A stretch of 61,771 bases of DNA, the filler included. It is 6 parts of 6 records of this genome, joined end to end, with 100 filler letters (N's around TTAATTAATTAA, not from the genome) between each part and the next. Parts side by side here need not be neighbours in the genome. Positions count along the whole stretch, not along the records: positions 1 to 12,568 come from DRR723986_4186; positions 12,669 to 21,501 come from DRR723986_4188; 4 more parts are not named here. One strand, written 5' to 3'. Under the pieces are notes generated by a model, which worked only from the letters and a program-made list of their open reading frames with translations, did not search any database and was not told where the DNA came from. The position numbers and the translations under genes are program-made. Positions 8,666 through 18,730 of this stretch are shown here, in pieces (position 1 is the stretch's first letter; every line of letters starts with the position of its first letter).

Positions 8666-9739
8666 ATGAGCATCGCATCCGACAAACTGGAGACTATCCG
8701 CCAGCAGGTTCAGTATCACCTGGATCATGCGGAGCGCAAGAAATTGAGCCCCGCGCAGGAGGACGAACTCAAGCAGCAGATCAAGGCGCGCCTGAAGGCG
8801 GAGAACGCGGTTATCGTCGCGCATTACTACACTGCGCCGGCGATCCAGGCCCTGGCCGAGGAAACCGGCGGCTGCGTATCCGATTCCCTGGAAATGGCGC
8901 GCTTCGGCCATGATCATCCGGCGACTACCCTGATCGTCGCCGGGGTGAAATTCATGGGCGAGACGGCCAAGATCCTGACCCCCGAGAAGCGGGTGCTCAT
9001 GCCCACCCTCGAGGCCACCTGCTCGCTGGACCTCGGTTGTCCGATCGAGGAGTTTTCCGCGTTCTGTGATGCCCACCCGGATCGCACGGTGGTGGTGTAT
9101 GCCAACACCTCGGCGGCGGTAAAAGCCCGGGCTGACTGGGTGGTCACTTCCAGTATTGCGCTGGATGTGGCGGAGCACCTTGCCGACCAGGGTAAGAAAA
9201 TCATCTGGGCGCCAGATCGGCACCTGGGCGACTACGTACGCCGCGAGACCGGCGCCGATATCCTGATGTGGGATGGCGCCTGTATTGTGCACGAGGAATT
9301 CAAGGCCCGGGGTATTGCCGACCTGAAGAACGTTTACCCGGACGCGGCGGTGCTGGTGCATCCCGAGTCACCGGCATCCGTGCTGGAACTCGCTGACCGG
9401 GTGGGTTCTACCACCCAGATTATTCGCGCTGCCACCGAGATGCCTAACGACCGGTTTATCGTCGCCACCGACCAGGGCATCTTCTACAAGCTGCAGCAGC
9501 AGGCGCCGGACAAGGAGTTCATTATCGCGCCCACGGCAGGGGAGGGTGCGACCTGTCGCAGCTGTGCCAACTGCCCGTGGATGGCGATGAACGAGTTGGA
9601 GACGCTGGCGACGGTCTTTGACCGCAGCGACAATGAGATTTTCGTCGACCCCGAGCTGGGCCAGCGTGCCATGGTACCCCTGCGCCGTATGCTGGATTTC
9701 GCAGCGGAGCTGCGCCTGCCGGTGAAAGGGAAGGCCTGA
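8666..9739 (+). CDS. nadA: Quinolinate synthase A
   Basis: [30 protein letters not shown] and CPWMAMN motifs. Confidence 0.97.
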   Translation: MSIASDKLETIRQQVQYHLDHAERKKLSPAQEDELKQQIKARLKAENAVIVAHYYTAPAIQALAEETGGCVSDSLEMARFGHDHPATTLIVAGVKFMGETAKILTPEKRVLMPTLEATCSLDLGCPIEEFSAFCDAHPDRTVVVYANTSAAVKARADWVVTSSIALDVAEHLADQGKKIIWAPDRHLGDYVRRETGADILMWDGACIVHEEFKARGIADLKNVYPDAAVLVHPESPASVLELADRVGSTTQIIRAATEMPNDRFIVATDQGIFYKLQQQAPDKEFIIAPTAGEGATCRSCANCPWMAMNELETLATVFDRSDNEIFVDPELGQRAMVPLRRMLDFAAELRLPVKGKA

Positions 9740-9745
9740 ACCCGC

Positions 9746-11263
9746 TTACAGCTCCATCTGTTCGCGCATCTCAGCGATATCCCGCAGCCGCTGGTTGATG
9801 GTCGCGCTGGTGTGGTAGTCGTTCTTCACCAGTTCCAGCGCATAGTTCAGCTGTTTCTCCGCCTGGTCCAGGATGCCGTTGAGGATAAAATACTCGGCGC
9901 GTGACTGGTGCAGGCCAATGATGTTACCCGACAGGCCCTGCACTTCTGCCAGCAGATACCAGAGCCCGGGATCATTGGGTTTCACCTTGCTCTGGTCCAC
10001 CAGGACTTCCTCGGCGACATGGGCCTGCTGGTCGCGCATCAGGGCATCCGCGTAGGCCATGGTAAGCGGGTGGTTGCCGGGTGACAGGGCCAGCCGTTTT
10101 TCCAGTTTCCTGATCGCTTTATCCGGCTCGTTGCGCACCTTGTCGATTTCGGCGTCGGCGATGATGTATTCGATCCGGTCCGGTGTGCGCGACCAGATGC
10201 CGTCCAGTTCCAGGCTGGCCTCGTCCGGTCGCCCGGCGGCGGTCAGCGCCAGCACCAGGCCGTAGCTTGCCGCCTCCCGGGAACGCGTGGTGCCGTCCAG
10301 CTCACCGCGGAACTTCTGCACGGCCTCCTCGGGGGTGTCCGCCAGCTGGTTAACCACCCGGGCCCGCATCAGCTGGTAGTCGAGGCTGGGCTCGCGAATC
10401 TGCTTGGGATACTGGCGCGCCCGGTTGCGGGTATCGGCGATGCGGTTTTCCGACAGCGGGTGAGTCCGCAGGAATTCGGGTATGCGGCTGCCGCTGGTAT
10501 AGCGGGATGCCTGCAGCATGCGCTCGAACATGGCCGGTGCCGCGTGCGGATCCATGTCCGCTGCCACCAGGGTCTGCATGCCCACCCGGTCGGCCTCGGC
10601 CTCGTTGCTGCGGCTGTAGCGCAGGGCGGAATCCTGGGCCGCGGCCTGCGCCGCCGACAGGGCAGCCATGCCGGCGTCGCTGCCGGCGGTAGCCATCAGC
10701 ACCAATCCTGCCAGCATGGCGGCGAGATTGAGCGGCTGCTGTTTCTTGGCAAACTCGACCCGCCGGGAAAAGTGACGCTGGCTGAGGTGGGCGATTTCGT
10801 GGGCCAGCACCGTGGCCAGTTCGTCCTCGGTCTGGGCGTAGAGCAGCAGGCCGTTATGTACGCCGATGATGCCGCCGGGGACCGCGAAGGCATTGATCGT
10901 CGGGTTATTGACCACGACCAGCTCCAGGCGCCGGTCTTCGAGCTGGCTATGGGTGACCAGGCGGAAGATCAGGTCCTCAAGGTAGCTGAACAGCAGTGGG
11001 TCCTCGATGGTGGGCACCTGGGACCGGAAAATCCGCAGCCAGGTCCGGCCCAGCTGGTGTTCGTATTCGGCGGAGTACAGGCTGCTGCTGCCCTCACCGA
11101 GATTGGGCAGCTTGAGCTCCTCGGTGTTGGCGCTGGCGGTCACCGCCAGGCAGGCCCACAGCACGGCGAGGCCGGTGCGTCGCAGCAACTTGGGCAGGGG
11201 TGTGGCAAAAGGTTTCAAAAGCTGGAGAACACTCGCTGGTCCGGGTCCCGGTGTGTGGCCCAT
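9746..11263 (-). CDS. bepA: M48 family metalloprotease with C-terminal TPR region (BepA/YfgC-like; start probably slightly downstream)
   Basis: INAFAVPGG, AHEIAH (HExxH), EAEADR and FLRTHP; divergent from the tusA-like and AI-2E permease genes. Confidence 0.88.
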   Translation of the reverse strand: MGHTPGPGPASVLQLLKPFATPLPKLLRRTGLAVLWACLAVTASANTEELKLPNLGEGSSSLYSAEYEHQLGRTWLRIFRSQVPTIEDPLLFSYLEDLIFRLVTHSQLEDRRLELVVVNNPTINAFAVPGGIIGVHNGLLLYAQTEDELATVLAHEIAHLSQRHFSRRVEFAKKQQPLNLAAMLAGLVLMATAGSDAGMAALSAAQAAAQDSALRYSRSNEAEADRVGMQTLVAADMDPHAAPAMFERMLQASRYTSGSRIPEFLRTHPLSENRIADTRNRARQYPKQIREPSLDYQLMRARVVNQLADTPEEAVQKFRGELDGTTRSREAASYGLVLALTAAGRPDEASLELDGIWSRTPDRIEYIIADAEIDKVRNEPDKAIRKLEKRLALSPGNHPLTMAYADALMRDQQAHVAEEVLVDQSKVKPNDPGLWYLLAEVQGLSGNIIGLHQSRAEYFILNGILDQAEKQLNYALELVKNDYHTSATINQRLRDIAEMREQMEL

Positions 11264-11400
11264 TGTAAGGCATAGGGCCGGGCGGGCGATAAATCAAACA
11301 ACATTGGCTTAGAGCGTCGCTCCCGGTGTAAAGTTCAGCGCCTTTTGGCGTACCGCGCCTAACCGATATACTGTCGCTAAAAGCACCGGGACCCAGTTTA

Positions 11401-11634
11401 ATGACCTACGCTGATCTTGTGGAAGTGGATGCCATTGGGCTCACCTGCCCCATGCCCTTGCTCAAGGCGAAGCGCGCGCTCAATGGCATGCGCAGCGGGC
11501 AGCATCTTCGGGTGTTGGCGACAGACCAGGGTTCAGTGCGCGATTTCGAGGTATTCGCCAGCCAATCGGGTAACGAACTGCTGGAATCATCAGAATCCGA
11601 CGGGGTTTACATCCACGTGATTCGCAAGAGCTGA
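11401..11634 (+). CDS. tusA: TusA/SirA family sulfur carrier
   Basis: DAIGLTCPMPLL (CPxP) and ATDQGSVRD; 77 aa. Confidence 0.85.
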   Translation: MTYADLVEVDAIGLTCPMPLLKAKRALNGMRSGQHLRVLATDQGSVRDFEVFASQSGNELLESSESDGVYIHVIRKS

Positions 11635-11652
11635 ACAGGAGCGCCTGCAGCG

Positions 11653-12568
11653 ATGCTGGATATTTTTAACAAGTGGTACCGACGATACCTGTTCGAAGAG
11701 GAGTCGATTCTGCTCCTGGTGCTGCTGATTATCAGCGTTGTCCTGCTGATGACCATCGGCAATATTATTGCGCCCCTGCTGGCCTCGGTCGTACTGGCCT
11801 ACCTGATGCAGGGCGTCGCCAATGTGCTGCAGCGCGGCGGCTTGCCGCCCTGGGCCGGGGTAAGCCTGTCCTACATCATCTTCGTGGGTGCCTTTTTCGG
11901 CATCACATTGCTGCTGCTGCCGCTGGTCTGGCGTCAGCTGGTCAGTCTTGCCAGTGAACTGCCGCGGATGCTGGAACAAGGCCGGCACTTCCTCGGCGTG
12001 TTGCCGGAACGCTATCCCGAGCTTATCAGCCAGCAACAGCTGAACGAGGCCATGGGGATGGCCCAGCGGGAACTGGCCGGTCTGGGCCAGCGCCTGGTGA
12101 CCCGCTCACTTGCCGGTATTCCGGGCCTGTTCGTGGTCATGGTGTACATGATCCTGATCCCGCTGCTGGTGTTTTTCTTCCTCAAGGACCGGGAGCTGAT
12201 CATCAACTGGCTGACGGGCTTTCTGCCGGAAAAGCGGCCCCTGCTGACCCGGATCTGGGGGGAGATGGATGTGCAGGTGGCCAATTACGCCCGGGGCAAG
12301 GTGGTGGAAATCATCCTGGTCGGCGCGGTCACGTATATCGCCTTTACCTGGCTGGGGTTGAACTACGCGGCCCTGCTCGCCTTGCTGGTGGGGCTCTCGG
12401 TCATCATCCCCTATGTGGGGGCCATCCTGGTGACCCTGCCGGTAGTGGCGGTGGCGTTTTTCCAGTGGGGCTTTGCCAATGAATTTTATTACGTTGCCGC
12501 GGTCTATCTGATCATCCAGGGCCTGGACGGCAATGTGCTGGTGCCGCTGCTGTTTTCCGAAGCGGTGA
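11653..12568 (+). CDS. AI-2E family (PerM-like) transporter, 3'-truncated
   Basis: Multiple TM helices, FFFLKD, IPYVG and IQGLDGNVLVPLLFSEAV. Confidence 0.9.
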
Positions 12569-12668
12569 NNNNNNNNNNNNNNNNNNNNNNNNNNNNNNNN
12601 NNNNNNNNNNNNTTAATTAATTAANNNNNNNNNNNNNNNNNNNNNNNNNNNNNNNNNNNNNNNNNNNN
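12569..12668. other. Artificial contig spacer
   Basis: N-run, TTAATTAATTAA (stops in all six frames), N-run. Confidence 0.99.
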
Positions 12669-12669
12669 C

Positions 12670-12894
12670 CTGGAGTACCTGGCCCGGGGGCTGGCCGCCG
12701 TTATCAACGTGCTGGATCCGGACATCATTGTGCTGGGTGGCGGCATGAGTAATGCGGAACAGATATATCGGGAACTGCCGGGAAGGCTTTCGAGCTATGT
12801 GTTTGGGGGTGAGTGTGATACGTCGATGGTGAAAGCCGCCCATGGAGATTCCAGTGGGGTGAGGGGGGCGGCTTGGTTGACCTCTCCCTTCTAG
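12670..12894 (+). CDS. ROK family sugar kinase (fructokinase Mak-like), C-terminal fragment
   Basis: [25 protein letters not shown] and [13 protein letters not shown]. Confidence 0.88.
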   Translation: MEYLARGLAAVINVLDPDIIVLGGGMSNAEQIYRELPGRLSSYVFGGECDTSMVKAAHGDSSGVRGAAWLTSPF

Positions 12895-12978
12895 TTTATC
12901 GTAACCGGAAGATCAAACCGGCGATATCAATGCTTGATGGGGTACGGTGGTTTACCTGGCTGCAGACAAACCTTCCAG

Positions 12979-14031
12979 TTAAAGCATAAGCTGTTTCACC
13001 AACTCCCCCGCCGGAACCTCCCTGCACCCACTCACATTCTGTCCGCCCCATAACGGTGAAAAATCACTGGATCCTGCGGCTTCAGCCGCTGCCCTGAGTG
13101 GTGCTATGGCGTTGGTTGCCAGTGGAAATGCCGGTGCGAGATCTGATATTGGCCCGAGTTCTCGCATTATCCGGTTCACAATGCCCCGGGCGGGTCCGCC
13201 GGAGAACAGGTTGGTGAGGGCGGTGTGCCTGGCCTGCGGGCTTTTGAGTGCCTGCCGGTGCAGGGGGCGGGTGGTTGCCTCGGGGCATAGCATAAACGCC
13301 GTGCCAATTTGTGCTGCAACTGCGCCAAGCTTCAACGCGGCCTGTACTCCCCCTGCAGTTGCAATGCCACCGGCCGCGATAACGGGAATGTTCACGGCGT
13401 CCACAATCTGAGGCAACAGGGCGAAGGTGCCCATTTGTGTGGTCATGTCCTTCGTAAGAAAAATCCCTCGATGACCGCCCGCTTCCAGCCCTTGGGCGAT
13501 AATTGCGTCTGCGCCGTGTTGTTCCAGCCAGATGGCTTCCTCCACAGTCGTGGCGGTAGAGAATATCTTTGCCCCGGCTTGCCGGACTCTATCCAGCAAT
13601 GCCGGCTCTGGTAGCCCGAAGTGGAAGCTCACCACTGCCGGGCGGGAGGCTTCAACAATAGCTGCGGATTCTTCGTTGAAAGGCATGCGGCCGGGGCCGT
13701 TGCTGATGGTGGCTGGATCTATCTCGAATTCTTGGTAATAGGGCGCCAGTGCCTGCCTCCATCCGGCCTCCTGCGAGTCATTCGGGGCGGGCGGTGTATG
13801 GGCGAAAAAATTGAGGTTATAGGGGCCACCCTGGGTGGCTTCATTCAGTGCCTGAAGTTCTGTTTTCAGCGCATCGGGGCCGAGCATGGCGCAGGGCAGA
13901 GAGCCGAGGCCGCCGGCGTTGGTAACTGCGGCTGCCAGGCGGTAATCCTGAACGCCAGCCATGGGGGCCTGGATGATGGGTTTTTCTACGTGCAGTATGT
14001 CCAACAGTGGATGCGGCCAAGATCGGGGCAT
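12979..14031 (-). CDS. Nitronate monooxygenase family flavoprotein
   Basis: PIIQAPMAG, VSFHFG, QGLEAGGHRG and IAAGGI. Confidence 0.93.
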   Translation of the reverse strand: MPRSWPHPLLDILHVEKPIIQAPMAGVQDYRLAAAVTNAGGLGSLPCAMLGPDALKTELQALNEATQGGPYNLNFFAHTPPAPNDSQEAGWRQALAPYYQEFEIDPATISNGPGRMPFNEESAAIVEASRPAVVSFHFGLPEPALLDRVRQAGAKIFSTATTVEEAIWLEQHGADAIIAQGLEAGGHRGIFLTKDMTTQMGTFALLPQIVDAVNIPVIAAGGIATAGGVQAALKLGAVAAQIGTAFMLCPEATTRPLHRQALKSPQARHTALTNLFSGGPARGIVNRIMRELGPISDLAPAFPLATNAIAPLRAAAEAAGSSDFSPLWGGQNVSGCREVPAGELVKQLML

Positions 14032-14068
14032 AATGTGGGATCCTTAAAGGCGGTTTTCCGATGCTGAG

Positions 14069-14809
14069 TCACCTTTTGCTGTGTTGATGTCGACGGAGGG
14101 ACTCCAGTACTTCGGCTTTGATTCCTTCGCGTTCAAGTTGTTCGAGCACCTTGGCGAGTTGATCAGCGAGCACAGCATGTCGCTGGTTAAGGTAGTGGTA
14201 GAACGTAAAAGTCGTCACGGGCTTTCGGATCGGCTTTAGCCGATGCCAATGTTCGTTTGTCAGCGGTGATATGCCCTCAACATCCGAGACGAAAGCCACG
14301 TCAACTCTCCCTAGCTCCAGAAGGGAGCGGACCTGATCGTAATCGTCTGCAAGGATAGGCTCCATGCCGAGCTCTCTGGCTTTGTCCTCGGCGATGATGG
14401 CCCCCCGGAGTACAGATACCCGAAGAGGTTGATTTTTGGGAGAGTGTGGCAGGTCGTGGGTTTCTGTCTCCCGGACAACGGCCAGAAGCTTGCCCTGGAG
14501 AAGAGGGAACTCAACCCTCACGAGGTTGGGGTAATTCGATGCGACGGCATCAACCCGGTAGAGGTCGCCATCCAGGCCGCCATTGTCGGCCAGCAGAAGA
14601 GCGCGTTTGGTGGGCACCTCCATCACGGAGACACCGACACCCAAACGTTGGTAGGCGATTTCCAGGATTTGCCTTGCGGCTGTTGCGCTGGGCACACCCT
14701 CAATGGTTGCCAGTCTGACTTCTGCCGGCAACCCGTTGGCCGTCGTATGGGGCGCAACGAATGCCAGAGAGGCAAGCACTGCGATCAGTAATCGGCGTAT
14801 TGCTTCCAT
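14069..14809 (-). CDS. Periplasmic substrate-binding protein (family 3-like)
   Basis: Signal peptide plus the pattern P-x-KRAL...GGLDGDLYR...LGRVD. Confidence 0.7.
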   Translation of the reverse strand: MEAIRRLLIAVLASLAFVAPHTTANGLPAEVRLATIEGVPSATAARQILEIAYQRLGVGVSVMEVPTKRALLLADNGGLDGDLYRVDAVASNYPNLVRVEFPLLQGKLLAVVRETETHDLPHSPKNQPLRVSVLRGAIIAEDKARELGMEPILADDYDQVRSLLELGRVDVAFVSDVEGISPLTNEHWHRLKPIRKPVTTFTFYHYLNQRHAVLADQLAKVLEQLEREGIKAEVLESLRRHQHSKR

Positions 14810-14885
14810 AGTCTTTCCCCTCGGCTCCTTTCAAGGGTGTCCCTACATGTTAGTTCCGATCTGGACGTCTGGCTGTTTTTTTCGG

Positions 14886-15326
14886 TTACTGAACTTTGCG
14901 ACCAGTGTATTCCGAGAAGTCCGGCTTCTGTGGCTGGTGCTGGTCGTCGGTCATGTAGGCAGAGGTCAGCACGAACTCGGCAGTGGCCCGGTTGCAGGCA
15001 ACGGGGATGTTCCAGAGGGCGGCTATGCGCAGCAGGGCCTTGATGTCCGGGTCGTGGGGCTGGGGTTCAAGAGGATCCCAGAAAAACACCAGCAGGTCGA
15101 TTTCACCCTCGGCAATCTTGGCGCCGATTTGTTGGTCGCCACCCAAAGGCCCGCTCAGCAGACAGTTGAGATCGATTCGTCCGAGGCTTTCACTCAGTAG
15201 CCGGCCAGTGGTGCCGGTGGCGTACAAACGCAACGGGGCAAGGCGGGTGCGGTTCTCGTTCGCCCAGTCCACCAGTTCCTTCTTCTTGTTGTCGTGTGCC
15301 ACCAGGGCAACAGATTTTACGGCCAT
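14886..15326 (-). CDS. mgsA: Methylglyoxal synthase
   Basis: ALVAHDNKK, ATGTTG, SGPLGGDQQ and PHDPD. Start moved to ATG 15326, which follows AAAGGA. Confidence 0.96.
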   Translation of the reverse strand: MAVKSVALVAHDNKKKELVDWANENRTRLAPLRLYATGTTGRLLSESLGRIDLNCLLSGPLGGDQQIGAKIAEGEIDLLVFFWDPLEPQPHDPDIKALLRIAALWNIPVACNRATAEFVLTSAYMTDDQHQPQKPDFSEYTGRKVQ

Positions 15327-15534
15327 GTTGCGTCCTTTAATCTGTGAGGTTCCGTCAAAAGGGGTAGAGTGTTTCATAAACGCGTGGCCCGGGAAATAGG
15401 ACGATGGCGGCATCACACCGGCACCGGCTACGTCAATAGCCAAACACGGGGCATTGGCCGGCATTGAAGGCATGGAGGATTACGCTGGCCGGGGGTACGC
15501 TGGCGGGATAACAAGGATTTGCGGAGCGTGTGGT

Positions 15535-16338
15535 ATGGCGGGTGGTAATGTACAGAAGAAGTCTGCGAGCAAGGTATACATCACCGGTGGTGCCAGCGGA
15601 ATTGGCCTTGAACTGGCGCGGTCTTATCTGCGTTCCGGGGCAGAGGTTACCCTGTTTGATATCCAGCCAATGGAATCCGCTGTGGAGGTGTTGGCAGCCA
15701 TAGCGGGGCAGGCATCCATTCGAACATTGGCCATGGATGTGACCAAACCGGGCGGAGTGAGAGAGGCCTTTGCCTCCGCGGCGGAGTCTTCACCGCCAGA
15801 TCTGGTCATTCACTGCGCGGGAATTGCCATTGCGGCCGATTTTGAGGCCATAGATGACGATGCCTATGCCCGGGTGATCAACATCAACCTGGTCGGCACG
15901 CGCAATGTGGTGGCTGGTGTCCTGCCCCATTTGAAAGCAGGCTCGCAGCTGGTTCTGGTTGCATCCATGGCCGGATTGGTGGGGTGTTATGGCTACGCGG
16001 CTTATTGTGCTTCCAAATACGGAGTGGTGGGGTTAGCTGAGGTGTTGCGCATCGAGCTGGCAACGCGAGGCATTGATGTCTCTGTGGTGTGCCCTCCGGA
16101 AGTGGAAACGCCGATGGTAGAGGCGGAGCGCTTGAATCGCCCCAGGCAAACCGAAGCGCTGAAGTTGATGGCCGGCACCTTGCCTTTGAATGTTGCCGTG
16201 GCGCAGATCCGCAAAGGTATCGATCGCCGTCGGTTTATGATTATTCCGGGTTGGCGGGCCAGGGGGCTTTGGTTCACGAACAAGCTTTTGCCTGGCGCGC
16301 TTACCCGCAAGTTTGCTGACTTTCTGGTCAGCCGCTGA
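15535..16338 (+). CDS. SDR family oxidoreductase
   Basis: TGGASGIG and YCASK (YxxxK). Start moved to ATG 15535 after GGAG. Confidence 0.92.
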   Translation: MAGGNVQKKSASKVYITGGASGIGLELARSYLRSGAEVTLFDIQPMESAVEVLAAIAGQASIRTLAMDVTKPGGVREAFASAAESSPPDLVIHCAGIAIAADFEAIDDDAYARVININLVGTRNVVAGVLPHLKAGSQLVLVASMAGLVGCYGYAAYCASKYGVVGLAEVLRIELATRGIDVSVVCPPEVETPMVEAERLNRPRQTEALKLMAGTLPLNVAVAQIRKGIDRRRFMIIPGWRARGLWFTNKLLPGALTRKFADFLVSR

Positions 16339-16351
16339 AGCGATCCAAACC

Positions 16352-17524
16352 TCAGGAGAGTGCCTGATTAAGGTCGGCGATCAGGTCTTCCGCATCTTCC
16401 AGCCCCACTGACAGGCGCAGCATGCCATCGCCAATGCCCCGTTTGAGGCGCTCTTCCCGGCTCAGGCCGTGATGGCTGGTGGCGCTCGGTTGGCTCACCA
16501 GGCTTTCTACTCCGCCCAGGCTGGTGGCAAGCAGGAAGACTTTCAGGGAGTCCGCCACTTTTTCGGCTGCCTGCTGGCCACCGTCCACTTCAATACTGAG
16601 CATGCCGCCGAAGCCGGTCATCTGCTGTTTGGCCAGGTCGTGGCCTTCGAAGGAAGGCAGGCCGGGGTAGTGTACTTTGGTGACTTTCGGATGTTGTTCC
16701 ATCGCTTGAGCGACTGCCATGGCGTTCTCGTTGTGTTGGCGCACTCGTAATGGCAGCGTGCGCAAGCTGCGGGAGAGCAGGGCGGCGGTTTCCGGGGCAA
16801 TCAGCTGGCCCAGGTTCTTGCGCCAGGCGACCACGGGTTTTGCCAGGCTTGCAGAGGTCATCAGGGCACCGGCGGTCAGGTCGCTGTGGCCACCCAGGTA
16901 TTTTGTGGCGCTGTGCAAGACGAGGTCTGCGCCCAGTTCCAGCGGTTTCTGGTTGATGGGGCTGGCGAACGTATTGTCCACCGCCACCAGTGCGCCGTGC
17001 TGGTGGGCTGTTTCAGCGATGGCGCGAATGTCCAGGATCGCCATGTTCGGGTTGGCCGGGGTTTCGAAATAGACCAGCTTGCCCGGTTCGTTCAGTGTTT
17101 CCGCCAGTTGGTTCTGCTCTTTACGGAACAGGAAGGTCACTGGAATGCCCAGCGCCTGGCAGTGATTCTTCAGTAGTTCCTGTGTGCCCCCATAAAGATC
17201 GCCTACGCACACAATCCCATTACGGCCATGGGCCAGCAGGGTTGCCGAAATTGCCGCCATGCCGGAGGCAAACCCCAATGCTGCTTCAGCATTTTCGAGC
17301 CCGGCCAGTCCCTGTTCCAGTTCCTGGATGCTCGGGTTGGTGCCCCAGCGAGTGTACAGGTTACCGTCGCTTCGCCCCTCAATCACATCCAGCAAGTCTG
17401 CCGTGTTTTCAAACCGGTAGGTGGTGGTGTTGTAAACCGGCGAGTAGGGGCTGCCGAAGGCATCCTTATGGCGGCGATTGTGGATGATGCGAGTCGCGGG
17501 GCCTTGGTTGTTCGGGGTGGTCAT
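16352..17524 (-). CDS. PLP-dependent trans-sulfuration family enzyme (cystathionine gamma-synthase/lyase-like)
   Basis: [25 protein letters not shown] and [12 protein letters not shown] (PLP lysine). Confidence 0.93.
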   Translation of the reverse strand: MTTPNNQGPATRIIHNRRHKDAFGSPYSPVYNTTTYRFENTADLLDVIEGRSDGNLYTRWGTNPSIQELEQGLAGLENAEAALGFASGMAAISATLLAHGRNGIVCVGDLYGGTQELLKNHCQALGIPVTFLFRKEQNQLAETLNEPGKLVYFETPANPNMAILDIRAIAETAHQHGALVAVDNTFASPINQKPLELGADLVLHSATKYLGGHSDLTAGALMTSASLAKPVVAWRKNLGQLIAPETAALLSRSLRTLPLRVRQHNENAMAVAQAMEQHPKVTKVHYPGLPSFEGHDLAKQQMTGFGGMLSIEVDGGQQAAEKVADSLKVFLLATSLGGVESLVSQPSATSHHGLSREERLKRGIGDGMLRLSVGLEDAEDLIADLNQALS

Positions 17525-17625
17525 GGTGGTTCCTACGCATTTGGTGGCCGGAGAGTGAGCTGCATTGTAGACTGTTGCGTATCCTGACGATAACCGAGTT
17601 GCTCAACCGAAAGAAGGAAGACGCT

Positions 17626-18663
17626 TTGTCGATCAAATTGACCCAGTTCAGCCACGGTGCCGGATGTGGCTGCAAGATTGCTCCGGACGTTCTGGACCGC
17701 ATCCTTCACACTGATGCTCCCGAATTTCACGATCCGCGACTGCTGGTGGGCAACAGCAGCCGAGACGATGCTGCGGTTGCCGATGTGGGTAACGGCCTTG
17801 GCATTATCAGCACCACCGATTTCTTTATGCCGGTGGTGGACGACCCGTTCGATTTCGGCCGTATTGCTGCCACCAATGCCATTAGCGATGTCTATGCCAT
17901 GGGCGGAAAGCCCGTGATGGCTATTGCCATTCTGGGCTGGCCGGTCAATGAGCTGGAACCGGAAATTGCCGCCAAGGTAATCGATGGTGGGCGTGCCGTG
18001 TGTGCCGAGGCAGGTATCGCCCTGGCCGGTGGCCACAGCATCGATTCACCGGAGCCGATATTCGGGCTGGCGGTGACTGGCCAGGTGGCTGTTGACCGTA
18101 TTATCCGAAACGATACCGCTCAAGCGGGCGATTTGCTGTATCTCACCAAGCCACTGGGCGTCGGCATTCTCACCAGTGCTTCCAAGAAAGGTAAGGTTAC
18201 TCCTGAAGACCTGGCCGTGGCGGTGGAGAACATGGCGACCCTCAATAAGGTTGGCGAAGCGTTTGCCGAGGTGGATGGTGTCAATGCCATGACTGATGTC
18301 ACCGGTTTTGGTCTTGCCGGGCATCTGTTGGAAATCTGCCGGGGCAGTGGCCTGAAGGCCACGGTAAGCCGCAAGGCTGTGCCGGTGCTGCCAAATCTGA
18401 AGCCCTATATTGATGCCGATTGCATCCCTGGTGGCACCCACCGCAACGCAGCGGCCTTCGGCAAGGCGATTTCCGGTATGACCGACCCAGACAAACTGTT
18501 GTTCTGTGATCCGCAAACCAGCGGTGGCTTGATGGTTAGCGTAGCCGAAAAGAGCCGGGAAGCCTTTGAGGCCCTCGCCCGAAAGCATGGGCTGGATCTG
18601 CAGCCTCTCGGGCGTCTTGAAGCCGCGGGCTCTGACGAAAGCCTAGTGTTTATCGAAGACTAA
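17626..18663 (+). CDS. selD: Selenide, water dikinase (Cys form)
   Basis: [39 protein letters not shown] and [11 protein letters not shown] start at 17626 after AAGGAAG. Confidence 0.96.
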   Translation: MSIKLTQFSHGAGCGCKIAPDVLDRILHTDAPEFHDPRLLVGNSSRDDAAVADVGNGLGIISTTDFFMPVVDDPFDFGRIAATNAISDVYAMGGKPVMAIAILGWPVNELEPEIAAKVIDGGRAVCAEAGIALAGGHSIDSPEPIFGLAVTGQVAVDRIIRNDTAQAGDLLYLTKPLGVGILTSASKKGKVTPEDLAVAVENMATLNKVGEAFAEVDGVNAMTDVTGFGLAGHLLEICRGSGLKATVSRKAVPVLPNLKPYIDADCIPGGTHRNAAAFGKAISGMTDPDKLLFCDPQTSGGLMVSVAEKSREAFEALARKHGLDLQPLGRLEAAGSDESLVFIED

Positions 18664-18677
18664 TCCCGTCGCACTAT

Positions 18678-18717
18678 AAAGCCGCACCGGAGGCTCTCCG
18701 CTGCGGCTTTTGTTTTT
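18678..18717. terminator. Intrinsic terminator, probably bidirectional, between selD and the P450 gene
   Basis: aaagccgca...tgcggcttt stem followed by a T-rich tract. Confidence 0.75.
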
Positions 18718-18730
18718 CTGGATAAAGCTA

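Noticed and set aside
17626-17680. Selenocysteine recoding in selD
   Set aside because: The catalytic position is a Cys codon (GAGCGCK) and there is no in-frame TGA.
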